64,000 nt of DNA from Eledone cirrhosa (GCA_964016885.1 OZ024743.1:235662001-235726000), one strand, 5' to 3'; shown: positions 29,572 to 44,900, counted from the first letter of the stretch. Notes: a model not told the origin generated them from the sequence alone. Numbers and translations: made by a program.

Positions 29572-31312
29572 CATCATCATCACCGTTTTATGTCCGTTCT
29601 TCCACACTAACATGGGTTAGACGGGCTGTCCTGTTGTGGGCAGTATCTGGTTGGCTGACCATGCCTTGCTCATACAGGAACTGATTTGGCTTGATTTCTA
29701 CAGCTGGGTGCCCTTCCTAACACTAACCTCATTTACAGTGTGGGCTGGGTGCTTTTTTGCTGTGGCACCTCCACGACCATCTTGCAGTGGGAGGGTGTGG
29801 GGGCATATTGTCTATATGCTTCAGTTTGTACTCATGGGAGGCCGGGTACTCTGTATTACTGCGTGACGCCAGAGGTCACGGTCGTGTGCCATCGCCTTTG
29901 AGAGGTTGTAATTGGGTAAGGTCGGCTTTTATCACCTCATCCCAGGTCATCTTGGGTCTCCCTACTCTGCGGTTTCCATCGACTTCTAGTGCTCTGCACC
30001 TTTTTATGCAGCTGTCATCCTTCATACGCATCACATGTCCATACCGACGCAACCACCTCTCCTGCACACAGCATTTGATTCCTCTTATGCTCAGTCTCTC
30101 TCTCAATTCATTTATGCTTTGTCGTTCGCGTATATTACTATTACACATCCATCGGAAACTGCAGGCTTCGTTTCTCTCTAATCTACGTAAGTCTTCCACC
30201 TTCAGCGCCCAGGTCTCACTACCATGTAACATTGTTGTTCGGATACATGCATCATACAGTCTGCCTTTCATTTTGAGGGAGAAGCCTTTTGCAGCTAACT
30301 GTGACAGTAGTTCCCTGAACTTCTTCCATCCCGTTCTTACCCTAGTTATTGTACTTTCTGAACACCCACCTCCGCTGCTAATTCGGTCACCTAGGTAGCA
30401 GAAGCTGTCTACTGTTTCTACAGAGCCCTCCCAGAGATTGGTGGTACTTGTTTCCTGTGGCTGTTTGCTGCTTGCTGTCCCAGCACAGCTGCTGCATGTG
30501 AAGCCTACATTCTTAATTAAGCTTCCTGAGATGCCGTTACATCTCTTGTGTACCCAATGTTTGCATTTGGGGCAGAGTATGGAGTTCCTACCTACACCTT
30601 TCCTACATACTGAGCAAGGCCATTTCCCTGAGGGGATCTGGGTTCTGTCTTCTCGTCTACTTACAAGGACCTTAGTCTTTGTCATGTTGACTTTGAGAAC
30701 CGTTCTTTCTAGTCCCTGCTTCCAAGTTTGGAATTTCTTCTCTAGTTCTACCATCGATTCAGCTATAAGTACGAGGTGATCAGCATACAGAAGTTCCCAT
30801 GGGCATCCGGTCTTAAACTCCTCCGTTATTGCCTGCAGGAATATGATGAACAGGAGAGGGCTAAGAACAGAGCCCTGGTGGACACCAACCTGTACGCTAA
30901 ATTCCTCGATATACTCATTGCTAATCCTAACTTTGCTGACTGCTCCCCTATGCATGGCTTGTACAGCTTTCACAAGCCATTCATCTACTCCTAGTTTTCT
31001 AAGAGCCCACCTGATTACAGCACGTGAAACTCTGTCAAAGGCTTTCTCGAGATCGACAAATGCCAGGTAGAGTGGCTTACTTTTAGCTAGGTACTTTTCC
31101 TGTAACTGCCTCACAAGGAAGAGGGCATCAGTGGTGCCTCTTCCTGGTACAAACCCAAATTGCATCTCATCTAGTTTCACCCGGTCCCTAATCAACTGTG
31201 CTATAACTCTTTCTGTTACTTTCATGACCTGGTCCATCAGCTTTATATCTCTATAGTTTCCTCTATCTAGTGCATCACCTTTACCTTTGTAGCAGTTGAC
31301 AATGATGCTACT
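29572..31312 (-). mobile_element. RTE LINE with RT domain (453-aa ORF at 29876-31237), 5'-truncated
   Basis: QFGF, FVDLEKAFD, GVHQGSVLSPLLF, LLYADH (YADD mutated), Cys-rich insert, FCYLG. Confidence 0.92.
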
Positions 31313-31771
31313 CTGTTGAGTCTAACCAGTTTCTAACTGAATCCATCTTGATAAAACCTGATTACAAGTCTATTATTTTCATTTTAGAGTAAATATCATT
31401 ATTTATTGCAGAATAAAAAGCATCTCTCAAGTGAGCAGGTGGAATTAACTGGAATGTTTACCAATTATTAATTGGAGATGACAATGATGAGAGAAAAGAC
31501 AGTTTGTCATAAAATAATAAAATTCTAAAAGCTTGTTCTCGGTAAATAACAAACCTCACAGAGTAAATAACATTACTACCTAGTACTCCACCGCATGTCG
31601 TTAGGATCAGAAACAGAATTTAAACAGAGCTGCCTGTAATTTCAAGTAAACCTAACGGCTCTCCCTGTAGATGCTATACACAAACTAATTAACTCTTTCA
31701 TTATTACATTTCTAATGTAAGATACTGCCTATGATTTTCTAATATTTTTGAAAATAATTAAGAATATCAAG

Positions 31772-32680
31772 AGAGTGAACCTAGCTAAGACAAAAGTGTT
31801 GATGAGAAGAAAAGAGGACAAAACTCTGATTCCATCAGGGAAATGGCCATGTTCGATATGCAGAAAAGGAACTGGCATAAATTCTATAAAATGCACACAA
31901 TGCAGATCCTGGGTACACAAGAGATGTAGTGGGATAGCAGGCAAACTATCAGGTAGGGAGAACTACATATGCAGTAGATGTACAGGGAAATTAGACAGTA
32001 GAAGTCGCATTGATAGACACATTTTTCAAATGCAGGCGGGCGTTATAGAAGTGGTGGATAGCTTCCGGTACCTAGGAGATCAGATTAGCATGGGAGGGGG
32101 GTGATCCGAGGCCATAGTATCTAGAATAAGGACGGGTTGGAAGAAGTTTAGGGAGCTGCTTCCTCTGTTGACGAAGAAGGGTTTCTCCCTGCATACGAAA
32201 GGTTGGTTATATAATGGCTGTGTGAGGAGCGCGATGCTGCATGGTAGTGAGACATGAGCAGCAACTGCAGAGGATATGCGACGGCTGGAGCGAAATGAGG
32301 CAAGAATGCTCTGTTGGATGTGCAGTGTCAATGTGCATGAACGGCCCAGTATGAATGTGTTGAGAGAGAAACTGTGTCTGAGAGGGATAGAATGTAGTGT
32401 GCGAGAGAGGAGACTGAGGTGGTATGGACATGTGATGCGCATGGAGGATGACCGATGGGTGAAGAAGTGCCAGGAAATGCCAGTTGAAGGAAGACGTGGT
32501 AGAGGTAGACCACGAAAAACATGGGCAGAGGTGGTGAGAACACACCTCAGATCGCTGAAGCTCACGGTGGAGATGACGAAGGACCGTGACAAGTGGAGAG
32601 ATGCTGTGCTGAATAAGACCCGTCCCACCCTTGCAAGCAGGGAAAAGTGGATGTAAAATGATGATGGTGATGACGATGAT
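31772..32680 (+). mobile_element. RTE LINE 3' fragment with stop codons
   Basis: GKWPCSICRKG, FRYLG, RRLRWYGHV and GRPRKTW motifs; (GAT)n tail. Confidence 0.9.
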
Positions 32681-32721
32681 CAAGTAATACAACATTATCT
32701 TCTGTTTGGAACATAACTTAA

Positions 32722-32939
32722 CTCTTTAGTATTTAAACTGATTGTATCTGGCCAGAATTTTCTCACCATTTTCTGTTTAAACCGGTCGTAACTGGCCACT
32801 CATAGTGATATTAAGATATTGTTCTCAAAATAAATATGAAAATCTCATAGATTCAATATTATGTGAGATAATTATGCGAGGTAAAGCCTTTACCACAAAA
32901 ATACAATAGTAAATATAGAGTAATGTAAATACTAAAGGG
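32722..32939 (-). mobile_element. piggyBac-type MITE copy, TTAA-flanked
   Basis: TTAA|ctctttagtattta...taaatactaaaggg|TTAA; reverse complement of 9472-9692. Confidence 0.85.
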
Positions 32940-33139
32940 TTAAGAAAGGTTATCATATAAAATTGTGATGGATGATTTTTAGATAAATATAAACACTTTA
33001 AAAAATTATTTTGTATTGTTGAACCAGAGCTGGTTTTAAACAGTTTGGTATCAAAAGGGTTAAAGGTGCTGTATTTGGGAGAAGCTTACCAAGAAACTGT
33101 GGATTTGAAAATAAATTCTTTAACAGGTTTCAGTAATAA

Positions 33140-33810
33140 GACTGTAGTCATGTTTTGTGGACAAGAGTACCACCATGCATTTTGGGAGGAAAAAACCAGC
33201 GTCCACATACCCCCTCCACAACGCTAATATCAAGAAGTCTTCTTGTGAACATGACCTGGGCATTATGGTCAGCAGCGATTTCTGTTGGATGAAGAAAATT
33301 GTCAAGAAGGCCGAGGGTGTCTTAGCATCACTCAGCAAGACCTTTGTCAGCCGCTCTCCAGCTATCTATTTAAAGCTGTATATAGCTATGGTGTGTCCAC
33401 ACTTAGAATTTGCATCACCAGTCTGGAACCCCTATCTTGATCAGAACATTGACCGCCTGGAAACTGTTCAGAGACGTGCAACCAAGCGAATACCCTCCAT
33501 CAGGCATCTACCATACTCTGAACACCTTGCTTCCCTGGTCATGGATACATTGAAGCTCCGACGTCTGACAACTGACTTGGTAAACACCCACAAAATTATT
33601 AACCATCTTGTCAACAACAACCCTGAGTACCTTTTTGGACATGCCTACGAAGTCAGAAAACAGCACAGCTCCCATTACTTTCGGAAACATGGAACAAACT
33701 GAATGCATCAGTTATTAGCTGTCGAGACACTGCACCATTTAAAACCTCCATGCTTCCTGAGATTTGACAACACTACACCTAATATTCCCCCTCCATACAT
33801 ACGCACAACT
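33140..33810 (+). mobile_element. CR1-group LINE 3' fragment
   Basis: ORF 33157-33702 with HDLG, PHLEFASPVWNP and VQRRATK. Confidence 0.85.
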
Positions 33811-33824
33811 GTATATATAATAAT

Positions 33825-34960
33825 AATAATAATGAAATTATTGTGTACCGTGCTCAGGTGCACTACAACTTGTCAAAGGTGCATGTATAGTACATAGAAT
33901 AATATACAAATGTCAGGGAAGTGAATAGCGTATGAGTCATGATATACATGTGTGTATGTCTATGGAGGGTGAATATTAGGTGTAGTGTTGACAAATCTCA
34001 GGAAGCATGGAGGTTTTAAAGGATGCAGTGTCTCGACAGCAATAACTGATGCAGGTAGTTTGTTCCATGCTTCAGCAACTCTGAGCGTGAAAAAATGTTT
34101 CCGAAAGTCATGGGAGCTGTGCTGTTTTCTGACTTTGTAGGCATGCCCATGTGTGTTAGACACATGGAAATTAAAAAGGTACTCAGGGTTGTTGTTGGCA
34201 AGATGGTTAGTAATTTTGTGGGTGTTTACCAAGTCAGTTGCCACACCCCGAAGCTTCAATGTATCCATGCCCAGGGAAGCAAGACGTTCAGAGTATGGTA
34301 GATGCCTGATGGAGGGTATTCGCTTGGTTGCACGTCTCTGAACAGTTTCCAGGCAGTCAATGTTCTGAGCAAGATAGGGGTTCCAGACTGGTGATGCAAA
34401 TTCTTAGTGTGGCCACACCATAGCTATATACAGCTTTAAATAGATAGCTGGAGAGCGGCTGACAAAGGTCTTGCTGAGTGATGCTAAGACACCCTCGGCC
34501 TTCTTGACAATTTTAGAGACGTGCTTCGTCCAACACAAATCCCTGCTGACCGTAATGCCCAGGTCACGTTCACAAGAAGACTTCTTGATATTAGTGTTGT
34601 GGAGGGAGTATGTGAACGTTGGATTTTTACTGCCAAAATGCATGGTGGTACACTTGTCCACAGCTAGCTTGAGTTGCCAGTCTGAGATCCATTGTTGCAT
34701 TGTGTCCAGGTCAGATTGCAGGCAAGATCTATAGTGTTCAGGATCGGTCCTTTATCTCAAGGTACAGCTTGATGTCATCTGCATATTTCAGTACTGTGGC
34801 ATTCTTTAAGTTGGCATCTATGTCATTAATATATGCCACAAAGAAAAGGGGGCCAAGAACAGATCCCTGTGGTACACCAGATAACATCTTATATGGTGAG
34901 GAATGCTGTCTTAGACTACCTCTCTTCGACTGAGAATGAAGGACTTCAACCAGTGAAAAA
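33825..34960 (-). mobile_element. CR1-group LINE (RT C-half to 3' end), inverted relative to its neighbour
   Basis: Minus strand ~34765-34882 reads SGVPQGSVLGPLFFVAYINDIDANLKNATVLKYADDIKLY. Confidence 0.9.
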
Positions 34961-35113
34961 GATCATCCTTCACACCCATATCATGACTCATACACTATTC
35001 ACTTCCCTGACATTTGTATATTATTCTATGTACTATACATGCACCTTTGATGAGTTGTAGTGCACCTGAGCACTGTAAACAATAATTTCATTATTATTAT
35101 TATTATTAACCTT

Positions 35114-35310
35114 AAGGCGGTAGATTGGCAGTATTGGTAGAGGGTCGGATGCCATGCTTTGGCGCACAGAGTTATGGCCCTTGCCATTCTGACTTCAAAT
35201 CCCGCCGAGGTTAACTTTGCCATTCATCCTTACGGGGTCAATAAAATAAAGTACCAGTAATGCACTGGGTAATTGCTGGCCTTGTGCCAATAGTAGAAAC
35301 AATTATTATT
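35114..35310 (+). mobile_element. SINE family A copy
   Basis: Family A sequence flanked by the repeated attattattattaacctt. Confidence 0.8.
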
Positions 35311-35699
35311 ATTAACCTTTTGTTGTAGAATACAGTCCTGTTTTCATCTCAAGCCATGTATAGAGATTCCTAGTGTAGGTGGAGATCAAGATTGCTTCTA
35401 ATCTACCCCCATTTCCTAATTCACCAGCAACACAGATACCTAGTTTATGGTAGCAAAGTGCCAGAAGTTCCTGTAGAATCAGGTTTCTTGTTTAGAGCAA
35501 CCACCTGTCATCTTTAACAGATCTGTAACCTGAAAGTTGTTTAGTTTTCTACATCAAGGAAACGGTGACTCTATGGCATATGTTTCTGAGAACAAGAAAT
35601 AATTGCTGCAACAGAAATAAACTGAACTTTATAGTAAATAAACAGACACTCTTACACAACATTTACTGTGTTATAACCTAGAATCTGGTATTAGTCACT

Positions 35700-36280
35700 A
35701 TATGGTCACTCTAGCTCCTAGAAATAACAGCTAAATCCCTCACAAATCACATTTCACTGATTACCTAGAAACTGGTGCAAGACACAACATGGTCGCTCAA
35801 ACTACTAGAAATGACAGCTAAATCCTTCACAAAAATCATCTTATTCTGTTATCTAGAAACTGACACAAGTCAGTACATGGTCACTCAATATGCTAGAAAT
35901 TCCAGCTAAATCCCTTACATAACACAGCTCGCTGTGTTATATGGTCACTCAATATGCTAGAAATTCCAGCTAAATCCCTTACATAACACAGCTCGCTGTG
36001 TTATCTAGAAACTGGCACAAGTTGGTCATTCAATATGCTAGAAATAACAGCTAAATCCCTCACATATCACAACATGCTGTGTTATCTAGAAACTGTCACA
36101 AGTTACTTCATGGTCACTCAATATGCTAGAAATACCAGCTAAATCCCTTACATAACACAGCTGGCTGTGTTATCTAGAAACTGGCACAAGTCACTACATG
36201 GTCACTCAATATGCTAGAAATACCAGCTAAATCCCTCACATAACACAGCTGGCTATTTTATCTACAGACTGGCACAAGTT
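35700..36280. repeat. Degenerate ~60-90-bp tandem repeat
   Basis: ggtcactcaatatgctagaaat..cagctaaatccct...gttatctagaaactggcacaagt, about 7 copies. Confidence 0.8.
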
Positions 36281-37653
36281 ACTGCCTATTTCTGTACAAA
36301 CCAATGATGGAATCTCTGTGATGACTTCACTCACTAAAAGTAGTCAAATCTCTCAAATATCCTAACAGTTTTAAAGATGGGATGGTCATCATTGGAATGC
36401 TTTTGTTTATACAGACACTAGATTCACTATGTTACCATATAGGATGTGGCACAAGTTACTACCTAGTTCTGTAGGAGTCAATGATACATAGTCATTCTAA
36501 CTGCTAGAAATAGCAGTCAAATACCTTTCAAATGTTATATCCCACCACATAACAAATAGGATGGTCATGGCTGGAATATCATTAGTCATAAAAACACATT
36601 ATTAGACTACATTCCCTGTGTTATCACTTAGAAACTGGCTTCATGTCAATGATGGAAACCAAGTGGTTCTTTGAATTGTTAGAAATAACAGCTATATCTC
36701 TCTCAGGTCACATCTACCAAGAAAGGACACATTAAACAATGTAGTCTTAGATACACTGTCTGAATGAAAGGGTGATGATGATGATAATTAACATAAAAGC
36801 AGAGTTAACTGTCTAAAACTAATTATGGAATAATACTGAAAAATATTAATTGAACAAAACTATTAATTACAAGAACTATATAAATAAACATTTATTAATT
36901 AGCTATGACAATCATATTTTGAAATGCAACAAATATGAAAAGCTGAAACTATTCTGAGACATCCGATTAAATTTTGATGAAGTTTTGACAGATTTTAAAA
37001 CATTATTTGGATATTAAGGATACCACTTGATGGTTTATTACACAACAACAACATGATGTGAGTGGCTTAGTGGGTAGGCTGTTGATATTTTTCCCAGATC
37101 TTCCTCACCAACACCCACACTGTAAAGTAGTCGTGTAGGTGATACAACAAAAGGTACCCAGTCCACCCTGTAAAGTAGCCATGTAGGTGACACAACAAAA
37201 GGTACCCAGTCCACCCTGTAAAGTAGTCGTGTAGGTGACGTGACAAAAAGTACCCAGTCCACCCTGTATAGTTGTAGAGTAGGTACCATAACAAAAGGCA
37301 CCCAGTACACACTGTAAATGTTGTTGGTATTAGGAAGGGTATCCAGCTGTAGCAACCGAGCCAGAAACAGTTCTGTATGAGCAAGACATGCTTATCTGAC
37401 CTGGCTTGTCTCACAATGGGACAACTCGTCTAACCCATGCTAGCATGGAAAAATGGACGTTAAACAATGATTATGATGACAATGGTGATGAAGGTGCTGA
37501 ATTTGATTCCAAGCAGTGTGTTGTGTCTTTGAGAAAAAAAACATTTGTTATTACAATGTGTTCAGCTGGCAAAAAGTGAGTTATACCTGTAATTCAAAGG
37601 GCCAGCCTTACCACTCACTGTGTCATACTCAATCTCCCTGAGAACTACATTAA

Positions 37654-37863
37654 CCCTTTAACATTTAAACCGGCAATATCCGGCCAGAATTCTCTCAATG
37701 CTTTCTGTTCAAACTGGTCATAACTGGCCACTCAAACTGATGTTAAGGTATTGTCCTCAAAATAAATAGCATAAAAATCTCATAGATTCAATATCATGTG
37801 AGATAATTATGTAAGATAAAGTCTTTACCACAAAAATACAACAGTATATATAAATGTTAAAGG
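37654..37863 (-). mobile_element. piggyBac-type MITE copy with one eroded end
   Basis: TTAA|ccctttaacatttaaaccgg...taaatgttaaagg. Confidence 0.75.
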
Positions 37864-38193
37864 TACACATCTCTGTGGAATGCTCAGTCCCTTGTATATT
37901 ATTTTCACAAGCAGGAAGTCCTGTTCATCAAAGAACTGGCAACACACAACCTGATGGTCTATTTCACACATACACACATACTATCTCTTAAGCATACACA
38001 CCACACATACATACACTATCACACACACTCACTCACTCTCTCTCTCTCTTAAACACACCTACATTCCTTCTCTATCTCTGCCATTCAGTAGTTACACATT
38101 GATAACACCACCACCACCACCAACAACAACAACCACAACCAGACCACCACAACCAGACCACCACCACACCACACCACACCAACCACCACACTA

Positions 38194-38970
<777 letters not shown>

Positions 38971-39498
38971 CATAAAAAATATGAACAAAAAACATAGAAA
39001 CCATACCAGGGTTAACAACACTTCACACGGTGCAAAAGATCTGTGAGGAAGAGTACAAGGCACCTTTGACAAGTGTATTCTACTATAGACTTAGGCTAAC
39101 CAATTAGAGCCTTGAAAGTGGAAGTTGATAAATAGAAACTGCAAAAACACCTTGGTTAATGGGATAGTACTGGGGCCATGGTAAAATACACCCAGTACAC
39201 TCTGTAAAGTGGTAGTGTTGGTGACAATAAAATACACCCAGCGCACTCTGTAAAATGGTAATCTTGGTGACACTAAAATACACCCAGTACACTCTGTAAA
39301 GTGATAGTGTTGGTGTCATGATAAAATACACCCAGTACATTCTGTAAAGTAGTAGTGTTGATGACAATATAATACACCCAGTACACTCTGTAAACTGGTA
39401 AGCCTTATAAGAAAGGCAGCAGTCATAGAAACCGGGCCAGAAGTGGAACATATGAATAAGCAAGACAGGGTCACCTGACTGGTCAAGTCTCTGAACCC

Positions 39499-39912
39499 GA
39501 GAACCCTTCTAACCCAGTATAAAAAACACCTGAGAACCCTTCTAACCCAGTATAGAAAACACCTGAGAACCCTTCTAACCCAGTATAGAAAACACCTGAG
39601 AACCCTTCTAACCCAGTATAGAAAACACCTGAGAACCCTTCTAACCCAGTATAGAAAACACCTGAGAACCCTTCTAACCCAGTATAGAAAACACCTGAGA
39701 ACCCTTCTAACCCAGTATAGAAAACACCTGAGAACCCTTCTAACCCAGTATAGAAAACACCTGAGAACCCTTCTAACCCAGTATAGAAAACACCTGAGAA
39801 CCCTTCTAACCCAGTATAGAAAACACCTGAGAACCCTTCTAACCCAGTATGGAAAACACCTGAGAACCCTTCTAACCCAGTATGGAAAACACCTGTGAAC
39901 CCTTCTAACCCA
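39499..39912. repeat. 33-bp minisatellite (~12.5 copies)
   Basis: gagaacccttctaacccagtatagaaaacacct. Confidence 0.95.
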
Positions 39913-40306
39913 TCAAAGTATGGGAAACAGAGAATTAAACTGTGAATCAACATTGTTTTTACATCCATTTTTCCACACTTGCATCAGTGATTATATATGA
40001 AAATATGTGTCTATGTCCTGTAAATTACTTGTTCAATAATAATAATAATAAAAATAGCAAAATTAGAAATAAAGAAAATTAATATCAGACTTGAAAAAAC
40101 TAGGTATCAGGTAAATCCCAGACAGTACCTTAGCACGGCTGCAGTCAAATGACTGAAGTCAGTGAAGACTAATAAGGTTTAAATAGATATATGTTCCCAA
40201 AACTCCTGAGGGAGTCGTAATGGCACCGTATCGACAGCGTCTTTAAAACTTGGCAGAACCCATCTCCAGGTCTGAATACAGCAGATTTCTTCCAGGGAAG
40301 GATAGA

Positions 40307-40342
<36 letters not shown>

Positions 40343-41184
40343 AAGTGGTATAGAGGAAGAAGCAATCCCAGTTTTTGGAAAAATAGAAAAAGAAAAATAT
40401 TTATTTGAGAAATGAAAACAGAAGATGTTAATGAGGATTACCTTCTGAAGAAAATAGCTGAGATATTTGGAACTGACATAATAGGAGAAAATAATCTGCT
40501 ACTTTATAAAGAGAAATTTTAGACTAATTTGGAAAATTCTTCCAAAAGCTGAGCTGTAATTAGATAACATTTATCCTAAGGTATCTCAAGTACATTGATA
40601 CCATAGAATAATTTACAGAGGATGAAATAAGTACAAGATTCATAGCCATTAACCATATTGGAAGATATATAATATATATTTAACAATTTGTTAAGAATTT
40701 ACTCTTAGAAGACCTCCGATAGTTATGAATAGTTCTAAATTTGCCATTTATTTGCTAGTGGTTTTATGCTATAGAAAATTTCAGGTGCTGAGGTGCATGG
40801 AATTAAATACAGATCAATTTTGGTTATTACTGCACTTCGAAGACTTGAAAATGAAGAATCAGAGAAGATATATAATTGTTTTTGTTTTTTCTTGTGTAGG
40901 AATATGGCGAGATATTCGAGGAATAGTAATGTTATATTTCAATAGATGGTACTGAGTGAAATAAATTATATTTTAAATGTTTTCAATAGCAACAACTCTT
41001 GGGTATTATAACCGTTCTATTGGCAAGTTGGTGGTGTGATCTAGGCTGATGGATTTACAAAGTCATTAGAAACTCAGATAAAATGTGATTGTGGTATTTA
41101 TTCTGGTTCTTTAGGTTCAGAGTTCAAACCCCACCAAGGTCAGTTTTGATGTTCATATTGGCATGGTGGAGGTGTTACTCCAAC

Positions 41185-41448
41185 TTGGGCATGGATACAT
41201 TGAAGCTCCAACGTCTGGCAACTGACTTGGTAGACACCCACAAAATTATTAACCATCTCGTCAACAACAACCCTGAGCACCTTTTTCAATTCCATGTGTC
41301 TAGCACATGTGGCCATGCCTACAAAGTCAGAAAACAGTACAGCTCCCATGACTTTCGGAGACATTTCTTCGCACTCAGAGTTGCTGAAGCATGGAACATA
41401 CAATGTGCATCAGTTGTTAGCTACCGAGACACTGCATCCTTCAAAACT
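41185..41448 (+). mobile_element. CR1-group LINE 3' fragment
   Basis: MDTLKLQRLATDLV...RVAEAWN, as in the other copies. Confidence 0.75.
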
Positions 41449-41945
41449 TGTACTGGGTAAATATTATTGTGATACCACCACTACCACTTTACAGAGTGTA
41501 CTGGGTGCAGTTTATGATACCAGCACTACCACTTTACAGAGTGAACTAGGTGTATTTTATCATAACAGCACTAAAAAGTTACTACAAGTTTAGTAGGTGT
41601 AAATTTACAAGTGTACTAGGTGTATTTTATGATACCAGCACCACCACATTACAGTGTACTGGGTGTAGTTTATCATGGTACCAGCACTACCATTTTACAG
41701 AGTGTACTGGGTGAATATTGTGGAACCGACACTACCATTTTACAGAGTGGACTGGGTGTATTTTATTGTGGTATCAGTACTAAAAAATGCTTCGGCCAGG
41801 AAGGGACTTCAACCCACAACCCTCCAATATATGTCACATATTTTGTAAATGTTGATACTCTACCAACCAGGCTCTAGTATTATTATACATATCTCAATAG
41901 CTATTTCATATTAAGTCCACTGTAGTTGATGAGGACATAGGTTTG

Positions 41946-44900
41946 CTGTTCTTCATGGCTAAATACCATTCCATACCTCAATATACTGTCAGTTGCCCCA
42001 CTGTTGTTCATGGCTAAATACCATTCCATACCTCAATATAATGTCAGTTGCCCCACTGTTGTTCATGGCTAAATACCATTCCATACCTCAATATACTGTC
42101 AGTTGCCCCACTGTTGTTCATGGCTAAATACCATTCCATACCTCAATATAATGTCAGTTGCTTCACTGTTGTTCATGGCTAAATACCATTCCATACCTCA
42201 GTATACTGTCAGTTGCCTCACTGTTGTTCATGGCTAAATACCATTCCATACGTCAATATACTGTCAGTTGCCCCACTGTTGTTCATGGCTAAATACCATT
42301 CCATACCTCAATATAATGTCAGTTGCCTCACTGTTGTTCATGGCTAAATACCATTCCATACCTCAATATAATGTCAGTTGCCTCACTGTTGTTCATGGCT
42401 AAATACCATTCCATACCTCAATATAATGTCAGTTGCCTCACTGTTGTTCATTGCTAAATACCATTCCATACCTCAATATACTGTCAGTTGCCTCACTGTT
42501 GTTCATGGCTAAATACCATTCCATACGTCAATATACTGTCAGTTGCCCCACTGTTGTTCATGGCTAAATACCATTCCATACCTCAATATAATGTCAGTTG
42601 CCTCACTGTTGTTCATGGCTAAATACCATTCCATACCTCAATATAATGTCAGTTGCCTCACTGTTGTTCATGGCTAAATACCATTCCAAACCTCAATATA
42701 ATGTCAGTTGCCTCACTGTTGTTCATGGCTAAATACCATTCCATACCTCAATATACTGTCAGTTGCCCCACTGTTGTTCATGGCTAAATACCATTCCATA
42801 CCTCAATATAATGTCAGTTGCCTCACTGTTGTTCATGGCTAAATACCATTCCATACCTCAATATACTGTCAGTTGCCCCACTGTTGTTCATGGCTAAATA
42901 CCATTCCATACCTCAATATAATGTCAGTTGCCTCACTGTTGTTCATGGCTAAATACCATTCCATACCTCAATATAATGTCAGTTGCCTCACTGTTGTTCA
43001 TGGCTAAATACCATTCCATACCTCAATATACTGTCAGTTGCCTCACTGTTGTTCATGGCTAAATACCATTCCATACCTCAATATAATGTCAGTTGCCTCA
43101 CTGTTGTTCATGGCTAAATACCATTCCATACCTCAATATACTGTCAGTTGCCTCACTGTTGTTCATGGCTAAATACCATTCCATACCTCAATATAATGTC
43201 AGTTGCCTCACTGTTGTTCATGGCTAAATACCATTCCATACCTCAATATACTGTCAGTTGCCCCATTGTTGTTCATGGCTAAATACCATTCCATACCTCC
43301 ATATACTGTCAGTTACGTCACTGTTGTTCATGGCTAAATACCATTCCATACCTCAATATAATGTCAGTTGCCTCACTGTTGTTCATGGCTAAATACCATT
43401 CCATACCTCAATATAATGTCAGTTGCCCCACTGTTGTTCATGGCTAAATACCATTCCATACCTCAATATACTGTCAGTTGCCCCACTGTTGTTCATGGCT
43501 AAATACCATTCCATACCTCAATATAATGTCAGTTGCCTCACTGTTGTTCATGGCTAAATACCATTCCATACCTCAATATACTGTCAGTTGCCCCACTGTT
43601 GTTCATGGCTAAATACCATTCCATACCTCAATATAATGTCAGTTGCCTCACTGTTGTTCATGGCTAAATACCATTCCATACCTCAATATAATGTCAGTTG
43701 CCCCACTGTTGTTCATGGCTAAATACCATTCCATACCTCAATATAATGTCAGTTACCTCACTGTTGTTCATGGCTAAATACCATTCCATACCTCAATATA
43801 ATGTCAGTTGCCCCACTGTTGTTCATGGCTAAATACCATTCCATACCTCAATATAATGTCAGTTACCTCACTGTTGTTCATGGCTAAATACCATTCCATA
43901 CCTCAATATAATGTCAGTTACCTCACTGTTGTTCATGGCTAAATACCATTCCATACCTCAATATAATGTCAGTTACCTCACTGTTGTTCATGGCTAAATA
44001 CCATTCCATACCTCAATATACTGTCAGTTGCCCCACTGTTGTTCATGGCTAAATACCATTCCATACCTCAATATAATGTCAGTTGCCTCACTGTTGTTCA
44101 TGGCTAAATACCATTCCATACCTCAATATAATGTCAGTTGCCCCACTGTTGTTCATGGCTAAATACCATTCCATACCTCAATATACTGTCAGTTGACTCA
44201 CTGTTGTTCATGGCTAAATACCATTCCATACCTCAATGTCAGTTGCCTCACTGTTGTTCATGGCTAAATACCATTCCATACCTCAATATAATGTCAGTTG
44301 CCTCACTGTTGTTCATGGCTAAATACCATTCCATACCTCAATATAATGTCAGTTGCCCCACTGTTGTTCATGGCTAAATACCATTCCATACCTCAATATA
44401 CTGTCAGTTGACTCACTGTTGTTCATGGCTAAATACCATTCCATACCTCAATGTCAGTTGCCTCACTGTTGTTCATGGCTAAATACCATTCCATACCTCA
44501 ATATAATGTCAGTTGCCTCACTGTTGTTCATGGCTAAATACCATTCCAAACCTCAATATAATGTCAGTTGCCTCACTGTTGTTCATGGCTAAATACCATT
44601 CCATACCTCAATATAATGTCAGTTGCCTCACTGTTGTTCATGGCTAAATACCATTCCATACCTCAATGTCAGTTGCCTCACTGTTGTTCATGGCTAAATA
44701 CCATTCCATACCTCAATATAATGTCAGTTGCCTCACTGTTGTTCATGGCTAAATACCATTCCATACCTCAATATACTGTCAGTTGCCCCACTGTTGTTCA
44801 TGGCTAAATACCATTCCATACCTCAATATAATGTCAGTTGACTCACTGTTGTTCATGGCTAAATACCATTCCATACCTCAATATACTGTCAGTTGCCCCA

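Noticed and set aside
39483-39968. GLEGFSGVFYT repeat protein
   Set aside because: It is the translation of a 33-bp minisatellite inside a retroelement tail.
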